A stretch of 64,000 nt of DNA from a virus. Taxonomy: Duplodnaviria > Caudoviricetes. The position numbers were made by a program, and so were the translations under genes. This document shows positions 36,482 to 44,780 of the stretch, piece by piece. The DNA is taken from the IMG/VR virus record IMGVR_UViG_3300037418_001071, positions 440 to 64,439 of that record; one strand, written 5' to 3'. The notes beneath the pieces are model-generated. The model made no database searches and was not told the origin of the DNA. It was given only the letters and a program-made list of their open reading frames with translations. The first letter of the stretch is position 1, and every line of letters begins with the position of its first letter.

Positions 36482-36676
36482 ATGAACAAACCGACACCTG
36501 ACGAAGTCCGCGCCGCACGCTTGGCGGCCGGACTCACGCAAACCGAAGCCGCAGCAGTCATAGGCAAGCCCCTGCGTACGTGGCAGAACTGGGAGGCGCC
36601 CGCAGACTCGCCATCCCATCGCTCGATGGATGCGGCGCTGTTCGAACTGTTCCTACTCAAATCGAAGAAGCCGTAA
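36482..36676 (+). CDS. Small XRE HTH regulator (Aca-like)
   Basis: EVRAARLAAGLTQTEAAAVIGKPLRTWQNWE...M..ALFELFLLK; last gene of the operon. Confidence 0.85.
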   Translation: MNKPTPDEVRAARLAAGLTQTEAAAVIGKPLRTWQNWEAPADSPSHRSMDAALFELFLLKSKKP

Positions 36677-36689
36677 GCGGCCGGCTTTT
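36668..36689 (+). terminator. Terminator of the aca-like operon
   Basis: AAGCCG-N8-CGGCTT followed by TT. Confidence 0.55.
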
Positions 36690-36692
36690 ACG

Positions 36693-36959
36693 CTAGCCTC
36701 GCTCCAGCACTTCCGCTACCCGCCGCAGCTCCCCGGGCAGCAGCCTGCGCACGACATGCACATTGCCGACTTCGAAGCAGCCGCCCTTGTCGATGCGCTC
36801 CAGGCGAAGCCGGTCATCGCCGGCGCCGCGGTGCTCGTCCAGGATGCGCTCGCCCCATGTTTCCAACCAGGCTTTGAACGTCAGCCGGTAGGCGATGCCG
36901 CGCTTCTCGGCGTTCCTCTTGTTCTGCTGGTAGAGGCGGTACAAATTGTCGAAGTCCAT
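36693..36959 (-). CDS. Short HNH-like endonuclease or remnant
   Basis: RGIAYRLTFKAW...LERIDKGGCFEVGNV. Confidence 0.5.
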   Translation of the reverse strand: MDFDNLYRLYQQNKRNAEKRGIAYRLTFKAWLETWGERILDEHRGAGDDRLRLERIDKGGCFEVGNVHVVRRLLPGELRRVAEVLERG

Positions 36960-36969
36960 CTCGACCGAG

Positions 36970-37206
36970 CTACTTTGGCGGCCGGATCAACATGGCCGTC
37001 GAATGCGGGACCAGCTGCGCGAGTTCCGTCAGGCTGTCCCACGACTTGCCGTACCCAAGCGAGCGCAGGATCTCGTGCGCCTCCTCTGCTTCGACCAAGC
37101 GCTGGCAGATACGATCAAGCGCGGCGATATCCTCGACGGCGATTGGCTTGCGGCCTACGACTGCGCGGATGATCTGGGCGCGGTATGCGTCGATAGGGCC
37201 GCTCAT
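36970..37206 (-). CDS. Hypothetical late protein
   Basis: 78-aa ORF MSGPIDAYRAQ..., in line with the late operon. Confidence 0.5.
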   Translation of the reverse strand: MSGPIDAYRAQIIRAVVGRKPIAVEDIAALDRICQRLVEAEEAHEILRSLGYGKSWDSLTELAQLVPHSTAMLIRPPK

Positions 37207-37334
37207 GCTGCTCTCGGGCGAAGCGCGGCGCGGTCCCGTTCCAGTTGGATGAGGATCATCAGCCATGCGCGCTCCGCTTCGATGGTGATGTGCATGGCGA
37301 ACCTAAAAAGTACTCAAAAATGCTTACGTTTCTC

Positions 37335-37363
37335 TTGACTCAGTAAACTATTTTGTTTACCAT
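37335..37363 (+). promoter_or_regulatory. hicAB promoter with palindromic operator
   Basis: TTGACT-17-TACCAT; GTAAAC-N6-GTTTAC at 37343-37360. Confidence 0.75.
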
Positions 37364-37394
37364 GTATCTACGGTCAACGAGAAAAGGAGGTGTG

Positions 37395-37571
37395 GTGAAG
37401 CAGAGTGAGTTCGTAAGGTGGCTGACCCGCAAGGGCGCCACCTTCACCGAAGGGAAAGAGCACCTGATTGCTCATCTCAACGGTGAAAAGGCCCCGATTC
37501 CCCGGCATCCCAGCAAGGAACTGAAACAAGGAACGGTGAACGGGATTCTGAAACGACTGAAACTGAAATAG
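37395..37571 (+). CDS. hicA: HicA toxin (mRNA interferase)
   Basis: RBS AAGGAGG, GTG start; MKQSEFVRWL..EGKEH..IPRHPSKEL..GTV.GILK.L. Confidence 0.9.
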   Translation: MKQSEFVRWLTRKGATFTEGKEHLIAHLNGEKAPIPRHPSKELKQGTVNGILKRLKLK

Positions 37572-37640
37572 GGAGGGAGCCCCGCAAGGGGTTTCCCACT
37601 CTGCTTAGCCACACCTCCGCACTACCACGAAAGGGAGCAC

Positions 37641-38057
37641 ATGAAATATCCAGCTACATTCACACCGGCCGAAGAAGGTGGATTCGTCATTACCTTCCGC
37701 GACATTCCAGAGGCGATCAGCCAGGGCGACGATGAGGCCGAAGCGCTCGACATGGCCGCTGACGTCCTTCTGACGGTCATGGACTTCTACTTCGAGGACC
37801 GCCGCCCGGTTCCCATGCCGTCGGCGCCGCAAGAAGGCGAGCGGATGATTCCGTTGCCCTTGAGCGCGGCATCGAAAGTCTTGCTTCTCAACGAGATGCT
37901 GGCCCAGGATGTAGGGCCGTCCGAGTTGGCGCGCCGGATGGGCACGTCGAAGCAGGAGGCAAACCGCCTCACCGACTTGAAGCACGCGACGAAGATAGAC
38001 CGCATTGCCGATGCCATGGCGGCGCTCGGGCGCGATCTCGATCTGGTCGTGCGCTGA
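37641..38057 (+). CDS. hicB: HicB antitoxin with C-terminal HTH
   Basis: MKYPATFTPAEEGGFVITFRDIPEAISQG; ELARRMGTSKQEANRL. Confidence 0.9.
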   Translation: MKYPATFTPAEEGGFVITFRDIPEAISQGDDEAEALDMAADVLLTVMDFYFEDRRPVPMPSAPQEGERMIPLPLSAASKVLLLNEMLAQDVGPSELARRMGTSKQEANRLTDLKHATKIDRIADAMAALGRDLDLVVR

Positions 38058-38060
38058 TGT

Positions 38061-38095
38061 AAAAAAGCCGCCGTCGCATTACTGCGGCAGGCGGC
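38061..38095 (-). terminator. Terminator (late strand)
   Basis: GCCGCC...GGCGGC-T6 on the minus strand. Confidence 0.55.
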
Positions 38096-38134
38096 GAATC
38101 CAGAACCAGGGAGGTTTTGGAGGAGACTCGGTAC

Positions 38135-38410
38135 TTAGTCGGGCGCTTCCGTGAAGGTCACGTAGTACTTCTTCCCGACGATAAGCTTGTCGTTGACGAC
38201 TTGGTTAAGGATGGAGCCCTTGAATTCCGCATACGGAGTCCAGTGGCCGAACACAGCGTTTTCGGATGCCTGCTGCTTCTCGGTCGATCCTTCCCACACA
38301 GCGCCGAAATGCACCGACTGCCCGGGCATTTCCTCGTTTGTCGAGCTGTAGCCCTTCATCGGATTTTTGCTGTGCAGTTGGAGCTTGCAGACCATGACAT
38401 GTTCAGACAT
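38135..38410 (-). CDS. Hypothetical protein
   Basis: RBS AGGTG; 91 aa MSEHVMVCKL... Confidence 0.6.
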   Translation of the reverse strand: MSEHVMVCKLQLHSKNPMKGYSSTNEEMPGQSVHFGAVWEGSTEKQQASENAVFGHWTPYAEFKGSILNQVVNDKLIVGKKYYVTFTEAPD

Positions 38411-38600
38411 TTCGTCACCTATCAAAATAGATCACCCTTTCGGGCTGGTATAGGGCGGTTGTCTTACAGTCTTGCGGCCCTGCTAATTGCTTGTGGCGGC
38501 CGGTGCTGGTATTCCGGCTTGACGCTAGTACATGCTCGCCGCCTTTTACGGTCCCGCGTGCGTCATCAGCAGTCGATTGCGCATCAGCTAATGCGCGTTC

Positions 38601-38710
38601 ACCACACCACAGAGGGCCGGATTCGAACCGGCTTTCTCCCATCGTCCGCTTGAGCGTGTGCCGGGCGACCCAGACATCACCTCGCTTCGCGCAGAGTACC
38701 TCTGTGGTGT
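38601..38710 (-). ncRNA. tRNA-like structured RNA (non-canonical)
   Basis: 12-bp closing stem ACACCACAGAGG/CCTCTGTGGTGT; perfect T-arm GCCGG-TTCGAAT-CCGGC; D-like arm; aberrant anticodon arm; no encoded CCA. Confidence 0.55.
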
Positions 38711-38711
38711 A

Positions 38712-38738
38712 GCGACTGGCTTTCGCACCAGTCAGGCG
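38712..38738 (-). repeat. Hairpin motif CGCCTGACTGGT-N5/6-GCCAGTCGC (copy 1)
   Basis: Second copy at 55521-55546 on the plus strand. Confidence 0.8.
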
Positions 38739-38814
38739 CCGACGCTCCGCATCAGGCAGCGTTTTCGCAATTCAACAGGAAAGAGTCAGCGGGGCCGGGC
38801 CGCTGTGCGTCGGA

Positions 38815-38982
38815 TTACCAGGCGCGAAACGTCATTCTCGCCAACGCCTCGCTTAGCATGTCCTGCGTCGCGTCCACCATCAGCCCGGCAAGCCATGCAA
38901 CCGCGATCAGCAGACAAACAACGACGAATACCGCGTCGGTGCCGGTTGGCTCAGGCTCTCGCCGCATGTCTGGCTCACTCAT
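38815..38982 (-). CDS. Small membrane protein
   Basis: One TM helix (AVFVVVCLLIAVAWLAGLMV). Confidence 0.4.
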   Translation of the reverse strand: MSEPDMRREPEPTGTDAVFVVVCLLIAVAWLAGLMVDATQDMLSEALARMTFRAW

Positions 38983-39201
38983 GGGTGGAATTGATTGCCG
39001 GTTACAGCGTCCGGCGTCGGTGCGCGCAGTTAGTGCGCTCGACTGTGTGCAACCTAGATTTTCACTTGGTCGTAGGCTCACTTATCCGTTAAGGGGGCGC
39101 CAACCCCAACTACCCGCCGCCCTTTCGGCTAGATGCGCGGTAAGTCGGCTTCACATCACATCAGGGAGGTTGTTAGTCCCGATGGCCTCTTACGAGGTCT
39201 T

Positions 39202-39233
39202 AAAACAAAAAACCCGCCGGATTGGGCGGGTTT
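39202..39233 (-). terminator. tR'-like late terminator
   Basis: AAACCCGCC-N6-GGCGGGTTT with T-tract, about 40 nt downstream of pR'. Confidence 0.8.
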
Positions 39234-39270
39234 CTTTCGCTAGTGCGCAGTTCGGACAGCTAGCAGGTGT

Positions 39271-39299
39271 ATCCTAATTGAAATATCGCTTCACGTCAA
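39271..39299 (-). promoter_or_regulatory. pR'-like late promoter
   Basis: TTGACG (39294-39299)-17 bp-TAGGAT (39271-39276) at the 3' end of the Q-like gene. Confidence 0.7.
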
Positions 39300-39621
39300 C
39301 ATTTCGCAGCATCTTCGGCGTCAAAATCTGCTCTGCCTCGATCACGACTTCGGCAAGCGGGAGATTCGGGAAGCGCCAGACGGTAGCAATCCCGTATGCC
39401 CGGTAAATCGCCCACCGCTGCGCGCTCGGCAGGTCGTTGACCATTGCATCCACCGCTTCCCCGGCGCGCATGAACTCCTTCACGTCCTGCGGATGCGCCC
39501 AACCGCCAGCTTCGCGCCTGTCGGTAAGCGTCATCCAGCGGGCCCACAGCTTCATGACGGTGATGAATGGGGAATCGGCGCTGGGAGCCTCTTCTACGAC
39601 GATTTGTGCAACGGCGTTCAT
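39274..39621 (-). CDS. Late antiterminator Q-like protein
   Basis: WARWM...EAVDAMVNDLP..QRWAIYRAY; followed by a pR'/tR' arrangement. Confidence 0.6.
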   Translation of the reverse strand: MNAVAQIVVEEAPSADSPFITVMKLWARWMTLTDRREAGGWAHPQDVKEFMRAGEAVDAMVNDLPSAQRWAIYRAYGIATVWRFPNLPLAEVVIEAEQILTPKMLRNVDVKRYFN

Positions 39622-40472
39622 GCGGACTCCGTAGGTGCGGTGTTGGTTGACTGGGTCGCGATACTGAGGAACGTTATCCTGTATTTGCCGCCCTTATCGC
39701 AATGCTCTTTCGCGCAGTAGCGGCGCATGGCCGATTCGTGCAATTCGCCAGGCAGCATGTCGATACCCGTGCCGACGAGGCCGCCCTTCCAGGATCCCTT
39801 CTGGGTGCCAACCTCGGCACTAAATTCGATCTTCAACGAGCGGCGAATCTTCGGGGCGCGGAGCCAGCTGAGCCACCGGAACCAGCCTTCACCGAAGCGC
39901 CATTCTCTCTCGTCGATGACCGTGCGCGCCGTAACCTGCTCGCCGTCGTAGTCTCGAATCAGAAACGAGGCGGCCGGACATGCTTTCTCAGCATCGTACT
40001 GATCCGTGAATGCCTTGATGCCGCGGATATCCTTCTTCTTGCGCTGCTCCCAGAACAGCCTGCCGTTGCGGTCGTACAGCGAGTAACGTACATGGCGCCA
40101 TTGCCTCCACGGCAGGAACCAACCACGTCGCTTGGTCGTGAGGCTGCTGTCGGTTTGCTCACCGTAGTAGACCGACAGATGCCCGTCGCTGATGCAAAGC
40201 CCGAATTCGCGCGGGGAGATTTCGTAATACCAGTCGCGGCCCATCCTGGCGATATCTTCGGCGCTCCAGTATGTTGCGGTGCACTTGACCTTGTGCGGCT
40301 GGATGAGGGTTGGCAGCCACACGCGCGCCACCCATCCGAATGCGTTCACGGTGAGCGAGTTGCGCGCCTTTTCGTCATCGCCGCTACTGAACACGGCGCG
40401 GAATGCCGCCCAGTCGGAGCGCCCGTAGGTGATGGGGCCGAAACGACGGTCTTGGTCAGTCAATCTACTCAC
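39618..40472 (-). CDS. Conserved phage hypothetical protein
   Basis: 284 aa, Trp-rich, ATGA overlaps. Confidence 0.65.
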   Translation of the reverse strand: MSRLTDQDRRFGPITYGRSDWAAFRAVFSSGDDEKARNSLTVNAFGWVARVWLPTLIQPHKVKCTATYWSAEDIARMGRDWYYEISPREFGLCISDGHLSVYYGEQTDSSLTTKRRGWFLPWRQWRHVRYSLYDRNGRLFWEQRKKKDIRGIKAFTDQYDAEKACPAASFLIRDYDGEQVTARTVIDEREWRFGEGWFRWLSWLRAPKIRRSLKIEFSAEVGTQKGSWKGGLVGTGIDMLPGELHESAMRRYCAKEHCDKGGKYRITFLSIATQSTNTAPTESA

Positions 40473-41050
40473 ATTGCCTCCTTGGTATTATTCGATACAC
40501 GTTTCCAGAAATCTGCGAGACAGGCCACCTCCTCCACGAACAGCACGGCCGACGTCTTGCCGTCACGCTGGACCTCGACGGAGCCATCCGACCACAGGCC
40601 GCAGCGGATGACCGGCGCCGGTTTGGCGGTCGGCGCGCTGTCGGCCTCGCTGTTCACCATGTCGGCGAAGCCTACGAAGTCGACTTTCTCCGCAGGCTTG
40701 ACGCGCGCGGTGCGCTGCGGTTCGAGTGACACCACGTTGTCGACGGGCTGCGGCGGGACGAACGTCGGGATGGCGTACGCTGGCGCATCAGCCGCGATTA
40801 CTGGAACTGTTCCAGGCACCCAGTACTTGCCCGTCTTGACCAGCAACCCGCCCGCGAGCGCACTATCGAGATAGTCCGATGCCAGTTCATTCGGCTCCAG
40901 TTCCATCACCATGTGCAGCTCGGACGACGTCGCCATGCCGCGCGTGCGCACGAATGCGATTGCGCGCTCTACCCGTGGCAAGCCGGGCGCGATGTCTCTC
41001 TCGACCTCGGCCAACATTGCCTGCCGCTGTGAATTCGTATCGTTGTTCAT
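40469..41050 (-). CDS. Hypothetical (possible wHTH) protein
   Basis: RBS GAGGAG before MNNDTN. Confidence 0.55.
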   Translation of the reverse strand: MNNDTNSQRQAMLAEVERDIAPGLPRVERAIAFVRTRGMATSSELHMVMELEPNELASDYLDSALAGGLLVKTGKYWVPGTVPVIAADAPAYAIPTFVPPQPVDNVVSLEPQRTARVKPAEKVDFVGFADMVNSEADSAPTAKPAPVIRCGLWSDGSVEVQRDGKTSAVLFVEEVACLADFWKRVSNNTKEAM

Positions 41051-41523
41051 GCTCCTCTCCTCTGGTTTTGTGCCATTGCGGTGACTGCTACCCCAAGCGC
41101 CGCCCATGCGTGGCTCGACACGCCAAACAGCGGCCCAGGTTTATTCTTCGTGCCGACCTGCGGCGTGGCGCCCCCGCCTGTGCGCGGGAACATGTCGAGC
41201 AGGGCTTGGCGCACATTCGGGTCCTTGGCCTTCGTTGTGCCGCACAGGTGCAACTTGACGTCGCGGCGATAGACCAGTTCGACGACCTCGGGCGAGCGCC
41301 ATGCCTGCTGGAAGCGGCCGATCCACACGCAGGTTTCGAATATCTCGCGGCCGACAGCCATACCGTAGCTGGCGATCATCTCGATGCACAGGCGCGCGGC
41401 TGGCCACTGCTGCACCCGCACTAGCATGTCGGCGTTTGCCAACACGCCAGATTCGCGCACGCGCTCGCCGTCATAGATGCAGTAGCCACTTTCCGTTGTG
41501 CCCGGATCGATTGCCAGGATCAT
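41047..41523 (-). CDS. RuvC-like Holliday junction resolvase
   Basis: ILAIDPGTTESG; CIEM; KLHLCGTTKAKD; HAWAALGVA. Confidence 0.8.
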   Translation of the reverse strand: MILAIDPGTTESGYCIYDGERVRESGVLANADMLVRVQQWPAARLCIEMIASYGMAVGREIFETCVWIGRFQQAWRSPEVVELVYRRDVKLHLCGTTKAKDPNVRQALLDMFPRTGGGATPQVGTKNKPGPLFGVSSHAWAALGVAVTAMAQNQRRGA

Positions 41524-41894
41524 TTCGGCCCCTCTCGCTGCTCACATTCAGCGAACGGCTCCCAGACCTTGATGCCAGCCTTGCGAGCCTGCGCCACCAT
41601 ATCCGCCGTCCCCTTCCCGCCTGGGAATGCGATCACTCCATCCGGCATGTACTCGCGCAGCATTTCGGTGTTACGGATCGGGCCGGCCGCCGGCCCGTAG
41701 CGCTTCCAGTCGGCCAGGACGGTGACGTGCAAGACGCCATTGGCTCCAGCCCACTCGCGCGCCAGCTTGTCGGCGCCGGCCGCGCCACCTTCGATCAGCA
41801 ACGTGATCGGCCGCTTGGAGTGCGCTACGGTTAGCGCGTGACGCACAGCAGACACATTTTCGAAGTCACGTCCGCCGCAAACGATGATTTTCAT
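41520..41894 (-). CDS. SLOG-family (DUF2493/YspA-like) protein
   Basis: IIVCGGRDF; IEGGAAGADKLA; AGPIRNTEML; FPGGKGTADM. Confidence 0.85.
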   Translation of the reverse strand: MKIIVCGGRDFENVSAVRHALTVAHSKRPITLLIEGGAAGADKLAREWAGANGVLHVTVLADWKRYGPAAGPIRNTEMLREYMPDGVIAFPGGKGTADMVAQARKAGIKVWEPFAECEQREGPK

Positions 41895-41904
41895 AGTTCG
41901 TCTC

Positions 41905-42150
41905 TCAGCCCATCAGCTTGTGCTGGCGAATGCCCGTGATCCCGGGCGGAAGATCCGGCGCCGGCTCAAGGAAGGAACTGCCTTTGTGGCCGGTCGCTTT
42001 GACATACTCGACTTCCACCTTGGCCGAGTTGATGATGGTTTGCGCGACCTCGGACATCGCCTTAGCCTTCTCAAGCGGCACAGAGCCGTCCTTCAGGCCG
42101 GCGAGGCAGTCGAACAGGTGGGCGCGCAGCGCGTTGATGTCATTCGCCAT
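41905..42150 (-). CDS. Hypothetical protein
   Basis: NDINALRAHLF..AKAMSEVAQTIINSAKVEVEY; usual partner of the adjacent HNH gene. Confidence 0.6.
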   Translation of the reverse strand: MANDINALRAHLFDCLAGLKDGSVPLEKAKAMSEVAQTIINSAKVEVEYVKATGHKGSSFLEPAPDLPPGITGIRQHKLMG

Positions 42151-42790
42151 TCTTGTTGCTCCTCTTGTTGATTTGTCGTGTGAGTGCCGCTTGCAGGGAA
42201 ATCAGTTGGTTCAGTTCTTTCGGCAGGTTGTGCCGCGTGTTGCGCCTCATGTTCTCGGCCAGGCTGATGCACTCCACACGGTCCAGGGTGATTTCCTCGA
42301 TCACGTCCGTGCGCATGCCGGGCTTGAACACCACGATGTGCTTTGATGGCACGGGGCCATTCGCTTCGATCCAAACCAACTCGTGAACGCCGCGCCACCG
42401 CTTGCTGTTGTTACCCTTGTCATTGCTGATCTTGCGCTGCAACGTGCCGTCTTTCGTGATGCGCAGGCTGCCAATAGGCTCCGTGGTGTGCGGCATATGA
42501 CCCGGTTGAAACCGGGTCGCCTCGCCGCCGATCTGCAAGCCCTTCATGCCTTTGTTCCATGTCGCATGCCCGCGCTGGAACCGTGTGGCGCCGCCGCGAA
42601 TACCATCCAGCCGACCAGCTGCGCCACTCGCGAGAAACTCCGGCGCCTTCTTCAAGCTGAGACTCATGGCCTTGTTGTAGACGGATCGCACAGCGCGGCC
42701 AAGCAAGGTAGCGATGTCTTCCGCCCGATAGTGCGGATACAGCCTTTGAAGCTCCTGCACTTCCTCGGATTTCCAGAACTGGCGTTTCAT
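42140..42790 (-). CDS. HNH endonuclease with N-terminal Myb/HTH-like region
   Basis: VHELVWIEANGPVPSKHIVVFK..LECISLAENMRRN. Confidence 0.75.
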   Translation of the reverse strand: MKRQFWKSEEVQELQRLYPHYRAEDIATLLGRAVRSVYNKAMSLSLKKAPEFLASGAAGRLDGIRGGATRFQRGHATWNKGMKGLQIGGEATRFQPGHMPHTTEPIGSLRITKDGTLQRKISNDKGNNSKRWRGVHELVWIEANGPVPSKHIVVFKPGMRTDVIEEITLDRVECISLAENMRRNTRHNLPKELNQLISLQAALTRQINKRSNKNGE

Positions 42791-42792
42791 GG

Positions 42793-43449
42793 TCAGATCC
42801 CCAGCGCGCCAAAGATGCCGTTCGGGCGCTTCTTCGCCATGTCGACGAGATGGCGTGCCCGACGCTTGCGCAAGATGCGCTCGTACCTCTCCGGGTTCGC
42901 CTTCTCCTTCGCGTATCGCTGCGCACGCGTCTCACGCGGCTTCGGAGCGTCCTCCCCGCAGCCAATGCGATAGATCGGAGCAAGGTCGCCACGATGACCC
43001 GGGTGACGCCAGCCTATGATGCGGACGTTGACGTTGCCCGCTTTCCGAAGAAGCTGCACGTAGTGTTGCGCGCGGCCACGGGTGACGCACAGTTTCTCGG
43101 CCAATTCGCGCGAGGTGTGCCCGGCCTTGAGTAGTTCCTTGACTTGCTCGACCCGCTCAGCGACGGTCCGCACTGGCGATGGGCGGCGGTTCGGGACATA
43201 CTCCGCGTCCGTCTTCGGTCCAACCGCCCATACCGGCGCCGGCCTGCCGGTGCGCTTCTCATAGGTGGCGATGTGGATGCGGTCGGCCTTGTGCATCCGG
43301 CGCATGTAGATCTCGGCGTTGCACCGGCTCATGGCGAGCAATGCGGCCAGCGTCGTCACCGTCTTTGGTCCGGACATCAGGCACTCGATGATGCGCTGCT
43401 CTTGACGCTCGCCGCGCTCCTTCTGGTAGTCTGGGGCTCGCTTCTTCAT
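42793..43449 (-). CDS. Tandem wHTH DNA-binding protein
   Basis: Two HTH-like repeats (TVTTLAALLAMSRCNA; TSRELAEKLCVTRGRA). Confidence 0.6.
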   Translation of the reverse strand: MKKRAPDYQKERGERQEQRIIECLMSGPKTVTTLAALLAMSRCNAEIYMRRMHKADRIHIATYEKRTGRPAPVWAVGPKTDAEYVPNRRPSPVRTVAERVEQVKELLKAGHTSRELAEKLCVTRGRAQHYVQLLRKAGNVNVRIIGWRHPGHRGDLAPIYRIGCGEDAPKPRETRAQRYAKEKANPERYERILRKRRARHLVDMAKKRPNGIFGALGI

Positions 43450-43459
43450 TGGTCCTCCG

Positions 43460-43885
43460 TCAGTTGATCATCATTGCCTGTGCGCGGGCGTACGCCCTAC
43501 TCAGCACGCCAACCTCGATCGTCGGTAGCGATCGCACATACCAGGCCACCGCGGAGCGGATCGCCTGATATTCCGTCGTGGTCAGGTCGAGCAACTTCGT
43601 TTCACGCAGCCCGGCCTTCACGAGCAGGGTGTAGGCGCTGTTCACGATGTCGTAGAAGCGCCTGGACTGCGTCTGCACCGCGATGCTGGCCGCGGCAAGC
43701 AAGGTGGTAGCGAGCGAGTTGTAGCCGGCGTGCGGGCAGGCGCCGCGCTTGGCCGCGTCAAGGTATATCAGGGTCGGCAGCGCAAGCTCGTTCGCGTCTT
43801 CCTCTCCGACGCGCTGCTTTCCGATTAGACGGGCCATAGGGACGACGACGTTGCGGCTGGTGATGTCCCGGTTCTTGGTGTTCAT
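43460..43885 (-). CDS. Hypothetical protein
   Basis: RBS GAGGGAG before MNTKNR. Confidence 0.55.
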   Translation of the reverse strand: MNTKNRDITSRNVVVPMARLIGKQRVGEEDANELALPTLIYLDAAKRGACPHAGYNSLATTLLAAASIAVQTQSRRFYDIVNSAYTLLVKAGLRETKLLDLTTTEYQAIRSAVAWYVRSLPTIEVGVLSRAYARAQAMMIN

Positions 43886-44229
43886 GCCCGCTCCCTCACC
43901 TGATCCCGCAACGATTCCTTGATGGCCCGATCCAGCTTCACGTCCATCGGCATCCATCCGACCGATTCCCATCGGACCACCTCGTCGATGGCGCGGCGCG
44001 GTGGGCGCTTGGGAAACAGCTCATGTGGCTCGGCGAAGAACACCGCCCCATCCATGGTCGTCACCTCGTAGCAGAAAAGCAGGCCAGACCACGACTCTCG
44101 CCATCCGAGTCCACCTATGACCGTCACATCCTCTTTGTCGTAAGCGAGCAGCTTGCGTTCCTGCGGCGGGGTGCTTGCAGCGTCAATGCGCAGGACTGCG
44201 ACATCTCCGGCCTTGAATTGCTTGCTCAT
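43882..44229 (-). CDS. Hypothetical protein
   Basis: RBS GGAGG before MSKQFK. Confidence 0.55.
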   Translation of the reverse strand: MSKQFKAGDVAVLRIDAASTPPQERKLLAYDKEDVTVIGGLGWRESWSGLLFCYEVTTMDGAVFFAEPHELFPKRPPRRAIDEVVRWESVGWMPMDVKLDRAIKESLRDQVRERA

Positions 44230-44780
44230 GCCGCCCTCCATGCGGCCTGCGCAGCCTGCCGCTTGTCGACGTCGCTGGCGTCTTCGGCCACGCGTGCGAC
44301 GACAGAGCGCGGCGTGTACGGGAACGTTACGAACTGGCGGCTGTGAAAGCTGGTAAAGCGGGCGCCGCTCGGCTCCTCGAAAACGACGGCATCAAGGTCG
44401 TAAGCCTGACCGTCGCCGGCCTTGAAGACGTGCCCGCAGCGCTTGTTCTGCCAGAGCGGGCGGCCAGACAGATCGGCGACGTCGACCCATTCGCTGTCGG
44501 CGCCGGTGAGCGGACCTATCGGCTTGAATCGTGCGAGCAGGCAGAACAGATCGAGTGCAAACGATGCGCTCATGCCGCTGTGCCCTTGAAGCGAGAACAC
44601 GCGTACCATGTCCACCACGCCCTGTGCCATGCACTCGTTCATCTCGTCGCCGTCGAAGTAGCCGGCCGCGCGAAGTTCGCTCAGTGCGTACGCCTCAAGA
44701 TGCCCGTCGAAGTCGCACAGGATGCGCCAGGCCAGGCTGACGCGCTGCTTCAGTTCTCGGAATAGTTTCATCGGAGTCAT
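44226..44780 (-). CDS. Conserved phage protein (GHSGxSA motif)
   Basis: FSLQGHSGMSA; PLTGADSEW; WQNKRCGHVFK. Confidence 0.65.
   Translation of the reverse strand: MTPMKLFRELKQRVSLAWRILCDFDGHLEAYALSELRAAGYFDGDEMNECMAQGVVDMVRVFSLQGHSGMSASFALDLFCLLARFKPIGPLTGADSEWVDVADLSGRPLWQNKRCGHVFKAGDGQAYDLDAVVFEEPSGARFTSFHSRQFVTFPYTPRSVVARVAEDASDVDKRQAAQAAWRAA

Noticed and set aside
38426-38580. CTGATGA plus GAAA on the minus strand suggesting a hammerhead ribozyme
   Set aside because: The GAAA is about 130 nt away and in a tetraloop, not directly after stem II; the core cannot be assembled
38601-38710. Calling the element a functional tRNA-Arg(TCG)
   Set aside because: Anticodon loop lacks the YU-NNN-R pattern, variable region is aberrant, no CCA; kept only as tRNA-like
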